DNA of 64,000 nt from NCBI GenBank assembly GCA_002269645.1, contig NIVC01003156.1, forward strand, positions 52,003 to 116,002, given 5' to 3'. Of the stretch, positions 47,432-64,000 are shown piece by piece. A model generated the notes under the pieces. The model ran no database searches. It was not told where the DNA came from and saw only the letters and a list, made by a program, of their open reading frames with translations. A program made the translations under genes and the position numbers. Source of the DNA: Macrostomum lignano (lineage: Eukaryota). How positions within the stretch are numbered: the stretch's first letter is position 1; each line of letters opens with the position of its first letter.

Positions 47432-48144
47432 TTTACTAGCTGTAAGTAATTGCGTATTTTTTGTAAATTATTGCCAATAGATTACCATGCCAATGTCTAG
47501 CTTTTATGCTTGCTGGTACAGGCAAATCCGACTTGAAATGCAGAAGTCGGGCCTGCTGGTGCAGCCAATAGTAGGCAGAGTTACGAGCGTACCGTTCCCA
47601 TCAAGCGCTGGGGACGGCTTGTGTCGCATGCAAAGTCAGATTACAGGTATGAACTCTCTAGCCGTTTGCTTGCGTCCTAGGATGAAATAATCGCATCTTG
47701 AGCCTAAATTATAGGAGAAAAATATGATTTATAGTTCTTATGCAAGGCTTAGAACAACCTTAGCTTAATAAATCTTGCGATATCGTCGAGATTCCAAGAG
47801 AAATTTCAGGTTATTTTTGAGCTGTTAGTGATGCCATAAAGTTTAATTTTCTATGGAGACTTACGAGTACCACAAATTCGATAAAGCTACTGGGTTATCT
47901 TGCATCTGTTAATGCAGATCTTGACGCTAGAGGATGAGAAAAAAATTATCGGGAATTACTCATTGTCCCATGCTGTACCTTCATTGCGTACCTTTCTGTA
48001 CGCTCATCATTTAACGATTCGAAATCATTGCGTATGGCTACTAAAATGAGACATGTGACAAGATGCCTGTGTGTATGGTTTTGGAGGCAGACATTGGTAG
48101 ATTTTTCACGAGTGGCGAAGCCAAAAGTGATTAAAAATTAATCA

Positions 48145-48650
48145 GTGTCTATGACTGTTGCCTGCCTCCAAAACCATAGACACAATCTATAATTGTCTGC
48201 ATGCAAAACCATGGACACAATCTACCATTGTCTGCCTCCAAAGCCATAGACACAATCTACCATTGTCTGCCTCCAAAGCCATAGACACAATCTACCATTG
48301 TCTGCCTCCAAAGCCATAGACACAATCTACCATTGTCTGCCTCCAAAGCCATAGACACAATCTACCATTGTCTGCCTCCAAAGCCATAGACACAATCTAC
48401 CATTGTCTGCCTCCAAAGCCATAGACACAATCTACCATTGTCTGCCTCCAAAGCCATAGACACAATCTACCATTGTCTGCCTCCAAAGCCATAGACACAA
48501 TCTACCATTGTCTGCCTCCTAAACCATAGACACAATCTACCATTGTTTGCCTCCAAAACCATTGACACAATCTATAATTGTCTGCATGCAAAACCATGGA
48601 CACAATCTACCATTGTCTGACTCCAAAGCCATAGACACAATCTACCATTG
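48145..48650. repeat. 35-bp minisatellite (TGTCTGCCTCCAAAGCCATAGACACAATCTACCAT)
   Basis: Direct tandem repetition; inverted partial copy at about 48070-48105. Confidence 0.94.
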
Positions 48651-48670
48651 CTTTGAGTTCTGATCTTCCG

Positions 48671-49040
48671 GCAGGTATTGATCCCTAATTAGAGATCCCA
48701 TCATCCTGCAGGTATTGATCCCTAATTAGAGATCCCATCATCCTGCAGGTATTGATCCCTAATTAGAGATCCCATCATCCTGCAGGTATTGATCCCTAAT
48801 TAGAGATCCCATCATCCTGCAGGTATTGATCCCTAATTAGAGATCCCATCATCCTGCAGGTATTGATCCCTAATTAGAGATCCTATCATCCTGCAGGTAT
48901 TGATCCCTAATTAGAGATCCCATCATCCTGCAGGTATTGATCCCTAATTAGAGATCCCATCATCCTGCAGGTATTGATCCCTAATTAGAGATCCCATCAT
49001 CCTGCAGGTATTGATCCCTAATTAGAGATCCCATCATCCT
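48671..49040. repeat. 37-bp minisatellite (GCAGGTATTGATCCCTAATTAGAGATCCCATCATCCT), about 10 copies
   Basis: Near-perfect tandem copies. Confidence 0.95.
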
Positions 49041-49237
49041 GATCCTTAATTAGAGTTTTTATCAGTTATCCATTGCCTAGGTATTTATTAACTAATCTGC
49101 GGTTCAGTTCTATAGCGAATTCTCTGCAGCGACTCCGTTTGTACTATTGATGCATATTGCATCAGCCATTTAACATCCTTGTTTAGAGAATAGCATTTGA
49201 GGACCACAGTAATCTGGTCACAGATCACCACGTTGAT

Positions 49238-49240
49238 GAA

Positions 49241-49321
<81 letters not shown>

Positions 49322-49358
49322 AATAGAGAGAGAGAAAGAGAGAGAGAGAGGGAGAAAT

Positions 49359-49457
<99 letters not shown>

Positions 49458-49495
49458 CAGAGACAGAGAGAGAGAGAAAGAGAAAGAGCCAGAGG

Positions 49496-49588
<93 letters not shown>

Positions 49589-49606
49589 GGAGAAATAGAG
49601 AGAGAA

Positions 49607-49639
<33 letters not shown>

Positions 49640-49670
49640 AAAGAGGGGGAGAGAGGGAGAGAGAGGGAGA
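49238..49670. repeat. (GA)n microsatellite
   Basis: Direct dinucleotide repeat with interruptions. Confidence 0.97.
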
Positions 49671-50091
49671 GCCTCCAATCCCGAGGGCGCTGACACAGCA
49701 AAGCAAAAAAAAACAAAAAAAGTTAAAAAGAGTGAGTTGCCGATATCTCGAAAACGAAATTCTTTTTCAGGGCAAAAATGAATATAATTATTGTGAGAAG
49801 GCCGACAAATAAATATAAGCAAAAGAGGTCTGTCGCATACTGTCGCGTTTGTCGATAAGCCTGCGGTCCAGCAGCGACTGGAAGACGGTGCGGATCCTCT
49901 GGGCCGGCGTTGAACTTGAACTTTTATGACGCAGATAATTGCAGTGCTGCTTTGCTCAACGATTGACCTTCATTCGGACGTACCGATATGACTCTAGTAT
50001 AATAAAAAGCCTTACATGTAGTTTTATCCCGTAAAGCTTAACTAATATTTACGTGACTTCTTTAAAAATTCCATTTATTATCAAACTAGCA

Positions 50092-50687
50092 CAGAGATGT
50101 CACCACGGGGGGACAGGGGGACGTAAAAGCTATGGGGGGGACATGCTCGTTCTTTGTCCACCCCCACCCAACCTTGGGATTCGTTATAGAAAACAATAAT
50201 TTTGCTTTAGGACGACAAAACATAGTGCCTCCGACGCTAAAATGAGTGCCTGCGGCGCTAAAATGAGTGCCTGCGGCGCTAAAATAAGTGCCTCCGACGC
50301 TAAAATGAGTGCCTGCGGCGCTAAAATGAGTGCCTGTGGCGCTAAAATGAGTGCCTGTGGCGCTAAAATGAGTGCCTGTGGCGCTAAAATGAGTGCCTGT
50401 GGCGCTAAAATGAGTGCCTGTGGCGCTAAAATGAGTGCCTGTGGTGCTAAAATGAGTGCCTGTGGTGCTAAAATGAGTGCCTGTGGTGCTAAAATGAGTG
50501 CCTGCAGCGCTAAAATGCGTGCCTGCGGCGCTAAAATAAGTGCCTCCGACGCTAAAATGAGTGCCTGCGGCGCTAAAATGAGTGCCTGTGGCGCTAAAAT
50601 AAGTGCCTGCGGCGCTAAAATATGTGCCTGCGGTGTTAAAATGAGTGCCTACGTCCAGCCACCATAAAATCCATGGCGACGCCCCTA
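50092..50687 (+). mobile_element. hAT (Buster-like) MITE carrying a 21-bp tandem array of about 19 units
   Basis: Termini CAGAGATGTCACCACGG / CCATGGCGACGCCCCTA; exact 8-bp TSD AACTAGCA (50084-50091, 50688-50695) with a central TA; array unit ATGAGTGCCTGYGGCGCTAAA. Confidence 0.85.
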
Positions 50688-52308
50688 AACTAGCACGATG
50701 CTTTTGACATGCAAATCAGTTATCAAAATAAGGCGTATATTTTTACTTTCTACTTAAAGTAGGAAAGATGTGTTTTCTGTTAAAAATAATAGTTGACCAT
50801 CAATATTTAAGGTTAAGAAAAGTTTTGATTTAAAAAAATAATTTGCATATTGAAACGCACATCGACCCAGACAGCATGCTTGTCCCATGTTTGCCCAAGT
50901 AAATTTATCCCCACAACACTTACTCGGTCTCCTAGTCAACCTGAATGTTCAAGTTAGTAAACTTTAACCAGTGGTATTGAACCAGTAACTTGAGCAGCTT
51001 GTCCGTCTGATATTAAGTTTGCGGTGTTATGCGTGGAGAACTCCTTGAGAAGTTTTCATAATTTTTTTCTGCAAACAGAAGCTACCTCAAATACCGTTTT
51101 GAAATATAAGAGCCTGCAGACAGACTAAATTAAATATACAAAAGACAAATCACTGTGATGGCAGCTGATAACTTCACGAGAAAAAAACAGCTTCTTCATT
51201 GATGCACTTTCGTAAATGCACTGCGAGTAGTGCTCATGGGATGTCAGACGTGCTTACAAATATTGATCACAGATCACCTATCCATGACTCAAAAAAGAAA
51301 CTGACTGCACAAAAAACTAGCTATGACGGAAACACGAGCAGGTAGCTAATTAACTAATTAGAATAGCGTGAAAGTGCATGGCTTGCCTTTGAAACCGAGA
51401 ACTGTGATGTTAAGTCTCTCCTTACCGCCTACCATGTGTGTTCAAGATTGCAGGTAATTGCAAACTACAAAATTCGACAGACAGAAATGGAAATTGATGA
51501 GAACGCGTCGAATCAATGGGACTCGGAAATCTTAAAATCTATAGATTTATTATCCTCGTAACGAGCACAAACTGGAACTTCACTGTATATACTGTGGTTT
51601 GAAGTTGAAAAAATCAATCAAAGCTACAGATAAAGATATCAGAGAAGTATTCTAGCAATACAAAAGAAAATATCAAAAGGGACTCATAATGATTTTGAGA
51701 AAGAGGATAGACATGCTCGTTAAAAGATAATGATAATTAGAAGACCGGACCGCATGTAGGTTTTGACCTTGTACAGTCGTTATTATTGCTTTCTTAAAGC
51801 TTTTTAATGCCACAGCACCTCGGAAATTCCCTCCTTTCCATTAACCTTAACGCTTAACAATTCTCCCAATGAACCGTAGCATTTCGGCAACCCCCATGAG
51901 TCCTTTCATCTCAGTAACTCCCACAATGTGCCATCGCATTTTTGCGTTTCCCTCCATATTAAGCCTTGACATCTTAGCAATTCCGTCCGTGAAACTTGAC
52001 AGGAACCACATGAGCCGTTTATGGTTGACAGTGCGTTACTTTTATGGTTAAACCCCTAACCCCATCCGTGTTAAGAGTCACAGCAAAAATCAATTTCAGA
52101 CATTAACGTTTAAAAGTTAAAGTTTCAAAATTATGACGTCAAGACTAGACTAGAAAATGCTTTTTAAGTGGGACTCTGAAACAACCGCTAACTACATGTA
52201 TGTCCGCTAACCATCATATTTATGGCTCGTTTGTGTGTTGTCACAGACAAAAATAGCAGTTTTTAATCTCAAAGTCTGGACTATCATGTCAGATACCGCT
52301 TATGCATA

Positions 52309-52860
52309 CAACAAAAATAACAGAATACGCAGTCAGCGTCACAGGGTGCGCCTCAAGGCCAGGTCGCGAATGAACGCCACGCCGTCAGTCAAATCCGGGG
52401 CGCCGGCGTCAGCCAGCAGGCAGTCGACGAAACGCCGAGTGCGCGCCTGCCCCCGCCGATAGAGTGCCTGGAGCACCTCCTGCACCGGCTCTGGGCAGTA
52501 CGACTCGGTGCGGATGATGTGGCCTGCCAGCTGGAGTCGCTTGGACGGACCAGGCCGGCGCGGCGATTCAAAGCCGCGTTGGTCACTCGCTCGTAGCCGA
52601 TCTTGAAGGCGGCGCGCAGCAGGCCAGCGTGCGCCGCGTCAACTTGTTGCTAGAGCGACTCCGTCAGCATCCAGGTCTCGGCGTTGTACAGCAGGACAGT
52701 CTCGATCACCGCCTGGAACAACGCCGCCCTCTGGCGGTCAGTTAAGGCCTCAGACTACAGGACTACCCTGACAGAACGAAAGGCAGCCCAGGCAAGCCCG
52801 CGGCGACGCCGCAAATCCTTGCGGACGCCGGGAACCAGACCGCCAAGGTAGACGAATTGC
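52309..52860 (-). mobile_element. Degenerate 5'-truncated copy of the same RTE-like family as 26816-27686
   Basis: The reverse complement aligns by eye with 27088-27686; in-frame TAG stops; remnant TTG tail; no TSD seen. Confidence 0.88.
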
Positions 52861-53934
52861 TACAGAAATCCCATTACTTTTGAACCACTTCTCGTGCAAG
52901 AACTTTTTTCTCTTTCCAATTTCGCTAATTTGAGGTTTTGCTTAAGTATTCCACTCAACTTCTGGGAAGATGATTTACACTGTAGTTCTGGCTGGATTGA
53001 GATGGGTGCAGCCTGGTGGCCACGGCCCCTGGAGACAATTTCCGCGTGTTGAACCTCGCGGACTAATTCCATGCTTTGATCGTGGGGGGCGGGGACTACG
53101 GAAAAATGTGATGAGGTCAGGCCTTCCAAAGCGTTTCTTTGATCTAGGAGCAGCAAATTTTCGTTGGCCTAAAGTGCATAAATGCGGCAACTGACTCAAA
53201 ATTAGCAGTCACTTCGATTAGCTAGTTCTCAAATTCGCTAGCATGCAGCGTCTTGACTTTGATGTCCACAAGAAGTCCACAAAATAGTCTTGACTCTGAA
53301 TTCAGAATCGACAATATGCAAAACCTCTCAGTGATATTCCAATCATTATACAATCCAGTCTGTCGTAACTAACGCAAATAAAAATCGCAATAGTTAGTTA
53401 AGATGTTGAATTCCTCACCAATAAAAATATATAGAAATATCAATTAAATGTGTTCTATTTTTATTTAAATAGAGACCACTCACAGCAACTAGACTTAAAA
53501 GCAACTGATTATTGCAGACAAAGAAGGACGGACACATTATCAACGCAAACAGACAATATACACAACACTATTAAATAATCGAGAGTAGCAAATTAGGTTT
53601 ATCTTTTGATGTAACCAATCGACGCTGAAAATATTGTACATGAGTATGTTTTGTTCCATTCTGATAGGTGACAAAGTATATAAGAGGACAACTCTGACAA
53701 AGACACAGCAGATTACAGAATTATACACTGATAGACATTCGCAATATAATAATTGACAATCAACAAATTTTCTCGATTTCTAGATAATTGAAGTGTCACA
53801 TGCAAGTCATTGCATACATCCCAATTAATCAGAATTTCTTCGGATGTCGTAGCTTGTGGACACAGCGAATTTCTGCAGAAAAAGCTCCGTACATGTAGTC
53901 TCTCGATCTCGATTTCTCGGTAATTTCACCGTCA

Positions 53935-55121
53935 TCAAATGGTAGTTGTTCGATAAATTTTCTCCCTAATTGGCTGCAATGTCGTTGGCAGTGGGGGCTT
54001 GGCTCCGCCGCTTTTGGACTTGCCGCTGCAGGCCTCCGAAGCTGACGCAGCGGCCCTGGAGACGCACCGAGCATCGCGCCCGCTGCAGACAGCCGCGCTG
54101 CTGCCGCCGCCGTTGCGACTCCGACGCAATATAGCTGATCGAAACATAGCGTTAGTTGTCATGTAGATAATAAAGTTGCAGGTAGAATCCAGGTTGACGC
54201 ACAGATTTGAGAAGCCAATAGCATAGGTGACAACCGCGTCCCAGAACTGGTTGCCCTCGGAGCTCGGGTGCCAATCAGTATCGTGAGAAACATTGGCATC
54301 TCCATGCAGACAAAGACGGCTAATAAAATCTGGATCATCCTGGTAGCTTTGCTGTTCTGGGTCGCACCGCCGCTGCCGCGACCGCCTTCTCGGCGTAGAC
54401 GGACACTTCGTCGAAGTCCCAGAGTCATAGCAATGGAAGCCGTGCTGACTATGACGACAGGTAATACGGCTTGGCAGAAAGTTGAAGCCACGTAAAACTC
54501 GGAGTAGAATCGGAACGGGCTGACGGACTGCTTGTAGTAGACAATGCCGGTGTCGCTGCAGTAGTGGAACCGTTCCTGGAACGCCTTCGGCACAGCCGAC
54601 ACCAGTCCAAGTAAAATAATAAGGGCCGACATGACGATAAGAGTTCGGTGACTGCAACAGCGGCCGGTGTTGCGCGAGAACGGTCTTAACACAGCCTCGC
54701 ATCGACTGACAGCAATCAGAACAATGGACCAGTTGCGAGCCATCAGGAATGCGTTGGCGGTCACCCAGGTGATGGTCAGGTACTGGACTAAGCCGAGCGG
54801 CACAGCTGGCGACGAATAAGGAATTCGATGATGAGCCACTTCCAGCATGATGCGGATTGTCTCTACGCTTGTCATGCCGAAACTCGTCAGCATCTCGTTG
54901 AACGACAGGATTAGCAGCAGCAACCGAACGGTTGTCTCCTTCTGCTTCTGGCCAAGAAACACGAAGAAGCACAGACTATTAAGGACCAGATTTACAGAGC
55001 CTAGCAGTACAAAAGTGGACTTGACCAAGCCGATAGTGACAATCGAATGCTGTGGATGTGAGGTGGTGTTGTCTCCGGGAAACGTGCAGTTGTCTCCGTG
55101 CTGGACCACCAGCTGAAACAT
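53935..55121 (-). pseudogene. Third, diverged class A GPCR paralog with a 1-nt frameshift between TM6 and TM7 (pseudogene or sequence error)
   Basis: MFQLVVQHGDNC...ARNWSIVLIAVSRC...MEMPMFLT is in one frame; EGNQFWD...NLDSTCNFIIY is in another. GGC..TGG spans 32 nt versus 33 nt in the paralogs. Confidence 0.8.
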
Positions 55122-55946
55122 GGCTGCAACGTTAAGGCTCTTCACTAGTGGGATCAAAGAAACGATTGAATATTGTGAGAGCATGTCTTGCAGGCATGAT
55201 TCCGTAAATTTATCCCAGTTCTTCCCCCCATAGCTTCCCCCAGCTATTTCTAGCTGAGAGCTGATTGGTCGAGCCAACTGTGATTCCTCAAACTTATGAA
55301 TTAGGAATGAAATCCAGCAATTTTCCTATCTGTTTGATAAATTTATTTTCCGCTTTAAATCCGGCTCAAAGTTACTCACAAAAATTAAACTGCAAAATAA
55401 TTGAGACCCATGCAGCAATCAGGGAGGTGTTCCGTTCCAGTTTTCATTAGGAAAGGGGTAAGCATGAGATTATTAAAACAAAAACCGGAAGCGTCATCAG
55501 CTTCTTCGTGACGCATTTGGTTCAGAAATTTTTTGCTCGGGAAAGAGATGTTCCCGAAGGTAATTAATTTTCACCTCACAGTAGTACCTCTCGCACTGAG
55601 ACTGTGTCCGGACCAACCAGTAGTCACTGTCGAGCTGTCCAGTTTTTACTGCCAGTGATCTTTTTAATTAGCTTTCTGTAGCCTGACAACCCGGGACCGG
55701 TTTTTAATCCGGGGCTCTAATCTCTGGCCTGCACACAGTGATAACAGGCTCGCTGGCTGTCGTGGGACGGTTCATAAGCTCTAGGTATTGAAAAGGCTGT
55801 GTTTTATGATGATTAATTAACAGAGAGACAAAGAGCAGGTGTGATATGTGATGAATATGTCACAGAAACCTACAAGATCCTAGTATCCTAGTACACGAAT
55901 ACAGATTATCACTTAAGTATTGCATGAACAGTATAATACTGATAAA

Positions 55947-56237
55947 GGGGTTGTAGCCCAGTGGTCAGAGCGTCGGACTCACGACTGAAAAATCGGGGTT
56001 CGATTTTCGACCTACTCGGAACAATTCGTGCCCTTGAGCAAGACACTTAACTCTGCATTGCTTCAGTTCACCCAGCTGTAAAATGGATACCAGCATTAGC
56101 TGGGGTAATTGGGGTGTGTGGCGCCCCCCCAGTCCTTGGACTGAACAGCCGTACGCAGCCTTCAGATGCGCCGCGCAATAGCTGCGGCTGAGCTGTCGGT
56201 TGCACATCTGCCTATTGGGGTAGGTGTAATTAAAAAA
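55947..56237 (+). mobile_element. tRNA-derived SINE with CORE-like domain (copy 1)
   Basis: A-box-like TAGCCCAGTGG and B-box-like GGTTCGATT, followed by GTGCCCTTGAGCAAGACACTTAAC...CAGCTGTAAAATGG; second copy at 63693. Confidence 0.75.
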
Positions 56238-56530
56238 ATGATCAGTGCAAATTTTGACCTCATAGTGTATTGGAATGTTTCCCCTAGTGTATTATTTTTA
56301 CCAAAAAAACTCGATGAAAATGGAAAGTTACAATAAATTTCAGTACGGTATGTGGAGAATTAAAATTAATTATATACAAAATAATGCACGAAGCATAAAA
56401 TTGTTGTATCTGAATATAAACATGCGAAATGAGTGTTTGAAAAAGATTTCAAGTAAAAAAGGAAGGTACGCTTTCATGAATCGATCATTTTTTGTGTAAT
56501 TATGGACTGTTACTGATCTCATTATCCAGT

Positions 56531-59837
<3,307 letters not shown>

Positions 59838-61698
59838 TGTTGCACTCACTGTTACTGAGTAACCGGTGTTGTCTCTACAGGTCAAGTCGCATCTAGCTTA
59901 TATATACAGCCGAATTCATGGTTTCCAACTCGTGTCGTACTTTTGGTGCAAACTGAACTCAAGTAAGTCCTTCTTGTGTCAGTTGGACATAACGTTTTTT
60001 TTCACCCATAACTTATAGCTTGTTTAGTGCTATGTGGATTCGTGGACGGCCATGCAAAGTGTCCGAGCACTTGAGTGCTTTCATTTTTGCTTGTTGTTTT
60101 CAGCATTTCGAACTATAGCTAGGAATGCGAACTCGAAAGGAGAAAATAGACCAACCAGATATTGCGGTAGACAGAATTATCAGATTGAATCTGAGGCGTA
60201 AGCAAGTCTTGCTTTTTCATTTCTAAACAAAAAGGTGAAATTTGTTACCCATTTTAATAGGAAAATCCAGAAAACAAAACTTATAAGGTGGAATTTGTCA
60301 TTCTGCCGTAATAACTGGAGACCTGGGGGGGGGGGGGGCGTGACAGCCACTTAAGGAAAGAGGCGGTGCTCAACAACTTGAGAACGGCCGAACTCGGCTC
60401 GACTATAGCGATAATTTTTAAAAGAAAGATTTCGAAATAGTAAGATAGCAATGACCAGCTGATAGCAACCATGTTGGGGGGGGGATTTCGGTGCAGCCGA
60501 ACTACTAGTACATTAACTTGAGCTTACGAACTTACCTACGAGCATTTGAAACACTGTTCTTTTTGAAAAATTCCATCACAGTTCCATCGCTGCGTGCAGA
60601 AAATGTTATGTTCCATAATATTATTCGAATATGCTGACACAGTAACAAAGAGGGTCACAAAGGTTATTGAATTTTTGAATGGTTTCAGCACTTTTTTAGT
60701 ATATTATTTTAGAGATTATAGGTTTTGTACATAGCAACTGAAAGAAATTCAATATGTCTGATCTTTCTCATCCAATTCTCAGTGTTCGTTCGTTTAGGAA
60801 CCACCATCAAGCTATGGTGATGAATATCAGATGCCCAGAGGCTGCTTTCTAAAGACCCTGACAGCCTATTTTGTTTGTTGTTGTTGTTTGTTTGTTGTTG
60901 TTACTGTTTTGGTTGTATGATGTATGATTTCTCGACCTCAATTGACCCTCATGTCACAAAATACATACATAAAGATCATAAATGCATCATATTATTAACG
61001 TTTTCATAGCGTATTTTCGACTAAGTGCAGTAGTTTTCTTACTCAAAGTATTGAAAGATCGCCTCTGCAATGCCACTGGGAATCTCTACACTAGTATATG
61101 GACTTAGCAATACATCACTTTCGCTGAATATACACTCAGCTCTGGACAAAATGAATAATAAATCAAATCATCGGTGAATAAGGAAAATTAAACGCCGGGA
61201 TTTTCTGGGGAGGCAAGAGTAAAGAAAAAGAGGATAGCCCCCCTAGAGAGGACGTTATTGCGAGAGCTGCGAAGGCGAGAAAGTGAGAAATAGAAGTGCG
61301 CCTTTCAGTTTGACTGAACATTCTGTTAATTTCGTCAGAGTTTTTTAACCCAAGAGGAACACTACTAGCTATATAGTACACATACAAGGCGATCCTTCCA
61401 TTTTATCTTAGTAAACAAGTGTGAAATGAATGCAAAACGTTAATCTTAGCAAAAGCCGTTCATAAAACATTATGTTTCGAATCTCCAGTCATTTTTTCGG
61501 CATACTCGTTTCATTTCGAATTCGGAAGCCCCAAAAAGTTGAGAGATTGGGAATTTAGTACTATAATAAAAATTTGAAAACTTCCCTAGCTGCTTCAATT
61601 TGTCAAACAATAATCTAAAATTGAGTGTACATGCAGTTCTTCCTTTTTAAGCTGTTACAAGCTGAAAATTCACAATTGTACATCTAAGTTGTGACTTT

Positions 61699-63581
61699 CA
61701 GGGGCTTCACCACCGGGGGGACAGGGGGGACCCAGTAAAAGCTATGGGGGACACGCCAATGCTTTGTCCCCCACCCCACCTTGTGACCCGGTATAAGAAA
61801 TCAATAATTTTGCTTCAGGACGACATAATATAGCGCCTGTGGCGCTAAAATGAGTGTCTGCGGTGCTGAAATGAGTGCCTGTGGCGCTAAAACGAGTGCC
61901 TGCGGCGCTAAAATGATTGCCTGCAGCGCTAAAATGAGTGCCTGTGGCGCCAAAATGAGTGCCTGCGGCGCTAAAATGAGTGCCTCCGACGCTAAAATGA
62001 GTGCCTGTGGCGCTAAAATGAGTGCCTGCGGCGCTAAAATGAGTGCCTGTGGCGCTAAAATGAGTGCCTCCGACGCTAAAATGAGTGCCTGTGGCGCTAA
62101 AATGAGTGCCTGCGGCGCTAAAATGAGTGCCTCCGACGCTAAAATGAGTGCCTGTGGCGCTAAAATGAGTGTCTGCGGTGCTGAAATGAGTGCCTGCGGT
62201 GCTGAAATGAGTGCCTGTGGCGCTAAAATGAGTGTCTGCGGTGCTAAAATGAGTGCCTGCGGCGCTAAAATGAGTGCTTGCGGCGCTAAAATGAGTGCCT
62301 GTGGCGCTAAAATGAGTGCCTTGGCGCTAAAATGAGTGCCTCCGACGCTAAAATGAGTGCCTGTGGCGCTAAAATGAGTGCCTGCGGCGCTAAAATGAGT
62401 GCCTCCGACGCTAAAATGAGTGCCTGTGGCGCTAAAATGAGCGCCTGTGGCGCTAAAATGAGTGTCTGCGGTGCTGAAATGAGTGCCTGCGGCGCTAAAA
62501 TGATTGCCTGCAGCGCTAAAATGAGTGCCTGTGGCGCTAAAATGAGTGCCTGCGGCGCTAAAATGATTGCCTGCAGCGCTAAAATGAGTGCCTGTGGCGC
62601 TAAAATGAGTGCCTGCGGCGCTAAAATGAGTGCCTCCGACGCTAAAATGAGTGCCTGTGGCGCTAAAATGAGTGCCTGCGGCGCTAAAATGAGTGCCTGT
62701 GGCGCTAAAATGAGTGCCTCCGACGCTAAAATGAGTGCCTGTGGCGCTAAAATGAGTGCCTGCGGCGCTAAAATGAGTGCCTCCGACGCTAAAATGAGTG
62801 CCTGTGGCGCTAAAATGAGTGCCTGCGGCGCTAGAATGAGTGCCTGTGGCGCTAAAATGAGTGCCTCCGACGCTAAAATGAGTGCCTGTGGCGCTAAAAT
62901 GAGTGCCTGCGGCGCTAAAATGAGTGCCTGCGGCGCTAAAATGAGTGCCTGCGGCGCTAAAATGATTGCCTGCGGCGCTAAAATGAGTGCTGTGGCGCTA
63001 AAATGATTGCCTGCGGCGCTAAAATGAGTGCCTGCGGCGCTAAAATGAGTGCCTGCAGTGCTAAAATGAGTGCCTGCAGTGCTAAAATGAGTGCCTGCAG
63101 TGCTAAAATGAGTGCCTGCAGTGCTAAAATGAGTGCCTGCGGCGCTAACATGAGTGCCTGCAGTGCTAAAATGAGTGCCTGTGGCGCTAAAATGAGTGTC
63201 TGCGGTGCTAAAATGAGTGCCTGCGGCGCTAAAATGAGTGCCTGCGGCGCTAACATGAGTGCCTGCAGTGCTAAAATGAGTGCCTGTGGCGCTAAAATGA
63301 GTGTCTGCGGTGCTAAAATGAGTGCCTGCGGCGCTAAAATGAGTGCTTGCGGCGCTAAAATGAGTGCCTGTGGCGCTAAAATGAGTGCCTGCGGCGCTAA
63401 AATGAGTGCCTGCGGCGCTAAAATGAGTGCCTGCAAAGCTAAAATGAGTGCCTGCGGCGCTAAAATGAGTGCCTGCGGCGCTAAAATGAGCGCTGACAAT
63501 AGCGATTCTGTTAATAATGTACATGTACATGTAGAATTCTTGGCTTTGTCCCCCTGTCATAAATCCATTCGACGCCTGCTG
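61699..63581 (+). mobile_element. Second copy of the satellite-carrying MITE, with the array expanded to about 79 units
   Basis: Shares the ~140-bp 5' arm with 50092 (CAGGGGCTTCACCACC...GACAGGGGGAC...ATAATTTTGCTT.AGGACGACA) and the 3' AAATCCAT..CGACGCC; flanks GTGACTTT / GTGACCGA match only 5/8. Confidence 0.78.
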
Positions 63582-63692
63582 GTGACCGACATGACAGCAG
63601 AAATTTAATTTCTAAATTCGGCGTGCTTCACAAGTGGCGTAACTTTCATGGTCCCATATATATACATGTATATAGCCAATATATACCCAAGT

Positions 63693-63865
63693 GGGAATTT
63701 TTAGCCTGGCGGTTAAGAGCGTCGGAGTCACGACTGAACAGTCGGGGGTTCGATTCTTGACGCACTTGGAACTATTTGTGTCCTTGAGCATGAAGACACT
63801 TAACTCTTGCATTGCTTCAGCTTGCACCCAGCTGTAAAATCGGTGCCAGCATTTAATTTGGGTAA
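63693..63865 (+). mobile_element. tRNA-derived CORE-like SINE (copy 2, 3'-truncated or diverged)
   Basis: TAGCCTGGCGGTTAAGAGCGTCGGAGTCACGACTGA...GGTTCGATT...GTGTCCTTGAGCA..AGACACTTAAC...CACCCAGCTGTAAAAT. Confidence 0.75.
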
Positions 63866-64000
63866 TACTTATGGAGATAATACTAGTTATAATTATTACT
63901 AAGGACTACTAGACGTAACAGCGTATAAAAATACACTAATTAATATGTTTAACAATCTCTAGAAAGCTTTTGACAAATTAATAATAAGATTTCACTTAAT

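Noticed and set aside
50850-52100. Patches with coding-like composition (e.g. ESAWLAFETENCDVKSLLTAYHVCSRLQ)
   Set aside because: Short, interrupted and without a recognisable domain; no gene model could be built.
52860-53200. Several 74-98 aa ORFs adjoining the decayed RTE copy
   Set aside because: No recognisable motif in any frame.
61850-63608. ORFs of 160-417 aa made of MSACGAK / LILAPQA repeats (also 50242-50667)
   Set aside because: A 21-bp unit without stops stays open by arithmetic. The frame breaks at 20-bp units, and the array lies inside a MITE.

Overview
Eukaryotic, intron-containing, repeat-rich animal DNA. The GC-rich exons, satellite-filled introns and flatworm-type GPCRs resemble the flatworm Macrostomum, but the species is my inference and I could not check it. 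By hand-splicing at GT-AG junctions I recover these genes: a 6-exon furin-type matrix metalloproteinase with MMP21-like features (-), a divergent 2-exon RPS8 (-), a 10-exon KATNAL2 (+), three single-CDS-exon class A peptide-receptor-like GPCRs (-, one frameshifted) and a 3-exon CYP2-clan P450 (-, two 3' frameshifts). The rest is mostly micro/minisatellites and mobile DNA: at least seven hAT-type MITEs (six with exact 8-bp target-site duplications, TSDs), a Ginger1-type deletion derivative (CCGG TSD), two RTE-like LINE fragments, an I/R1-type LINE 3' end and two CORE-like SINEs. I found no clearly new biological system. The best leads are a MITE family carrying an expandable 21-bp satellite, a gene-conversion-like pattern between two GPCRs, a Ginger1 derivative that lost only its DDE core, and the divergent eS8. 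There is no CRISPR array, rRNA or intact tRNA. Most short ORFs in the supplied track are repeat or antisense artefacts.
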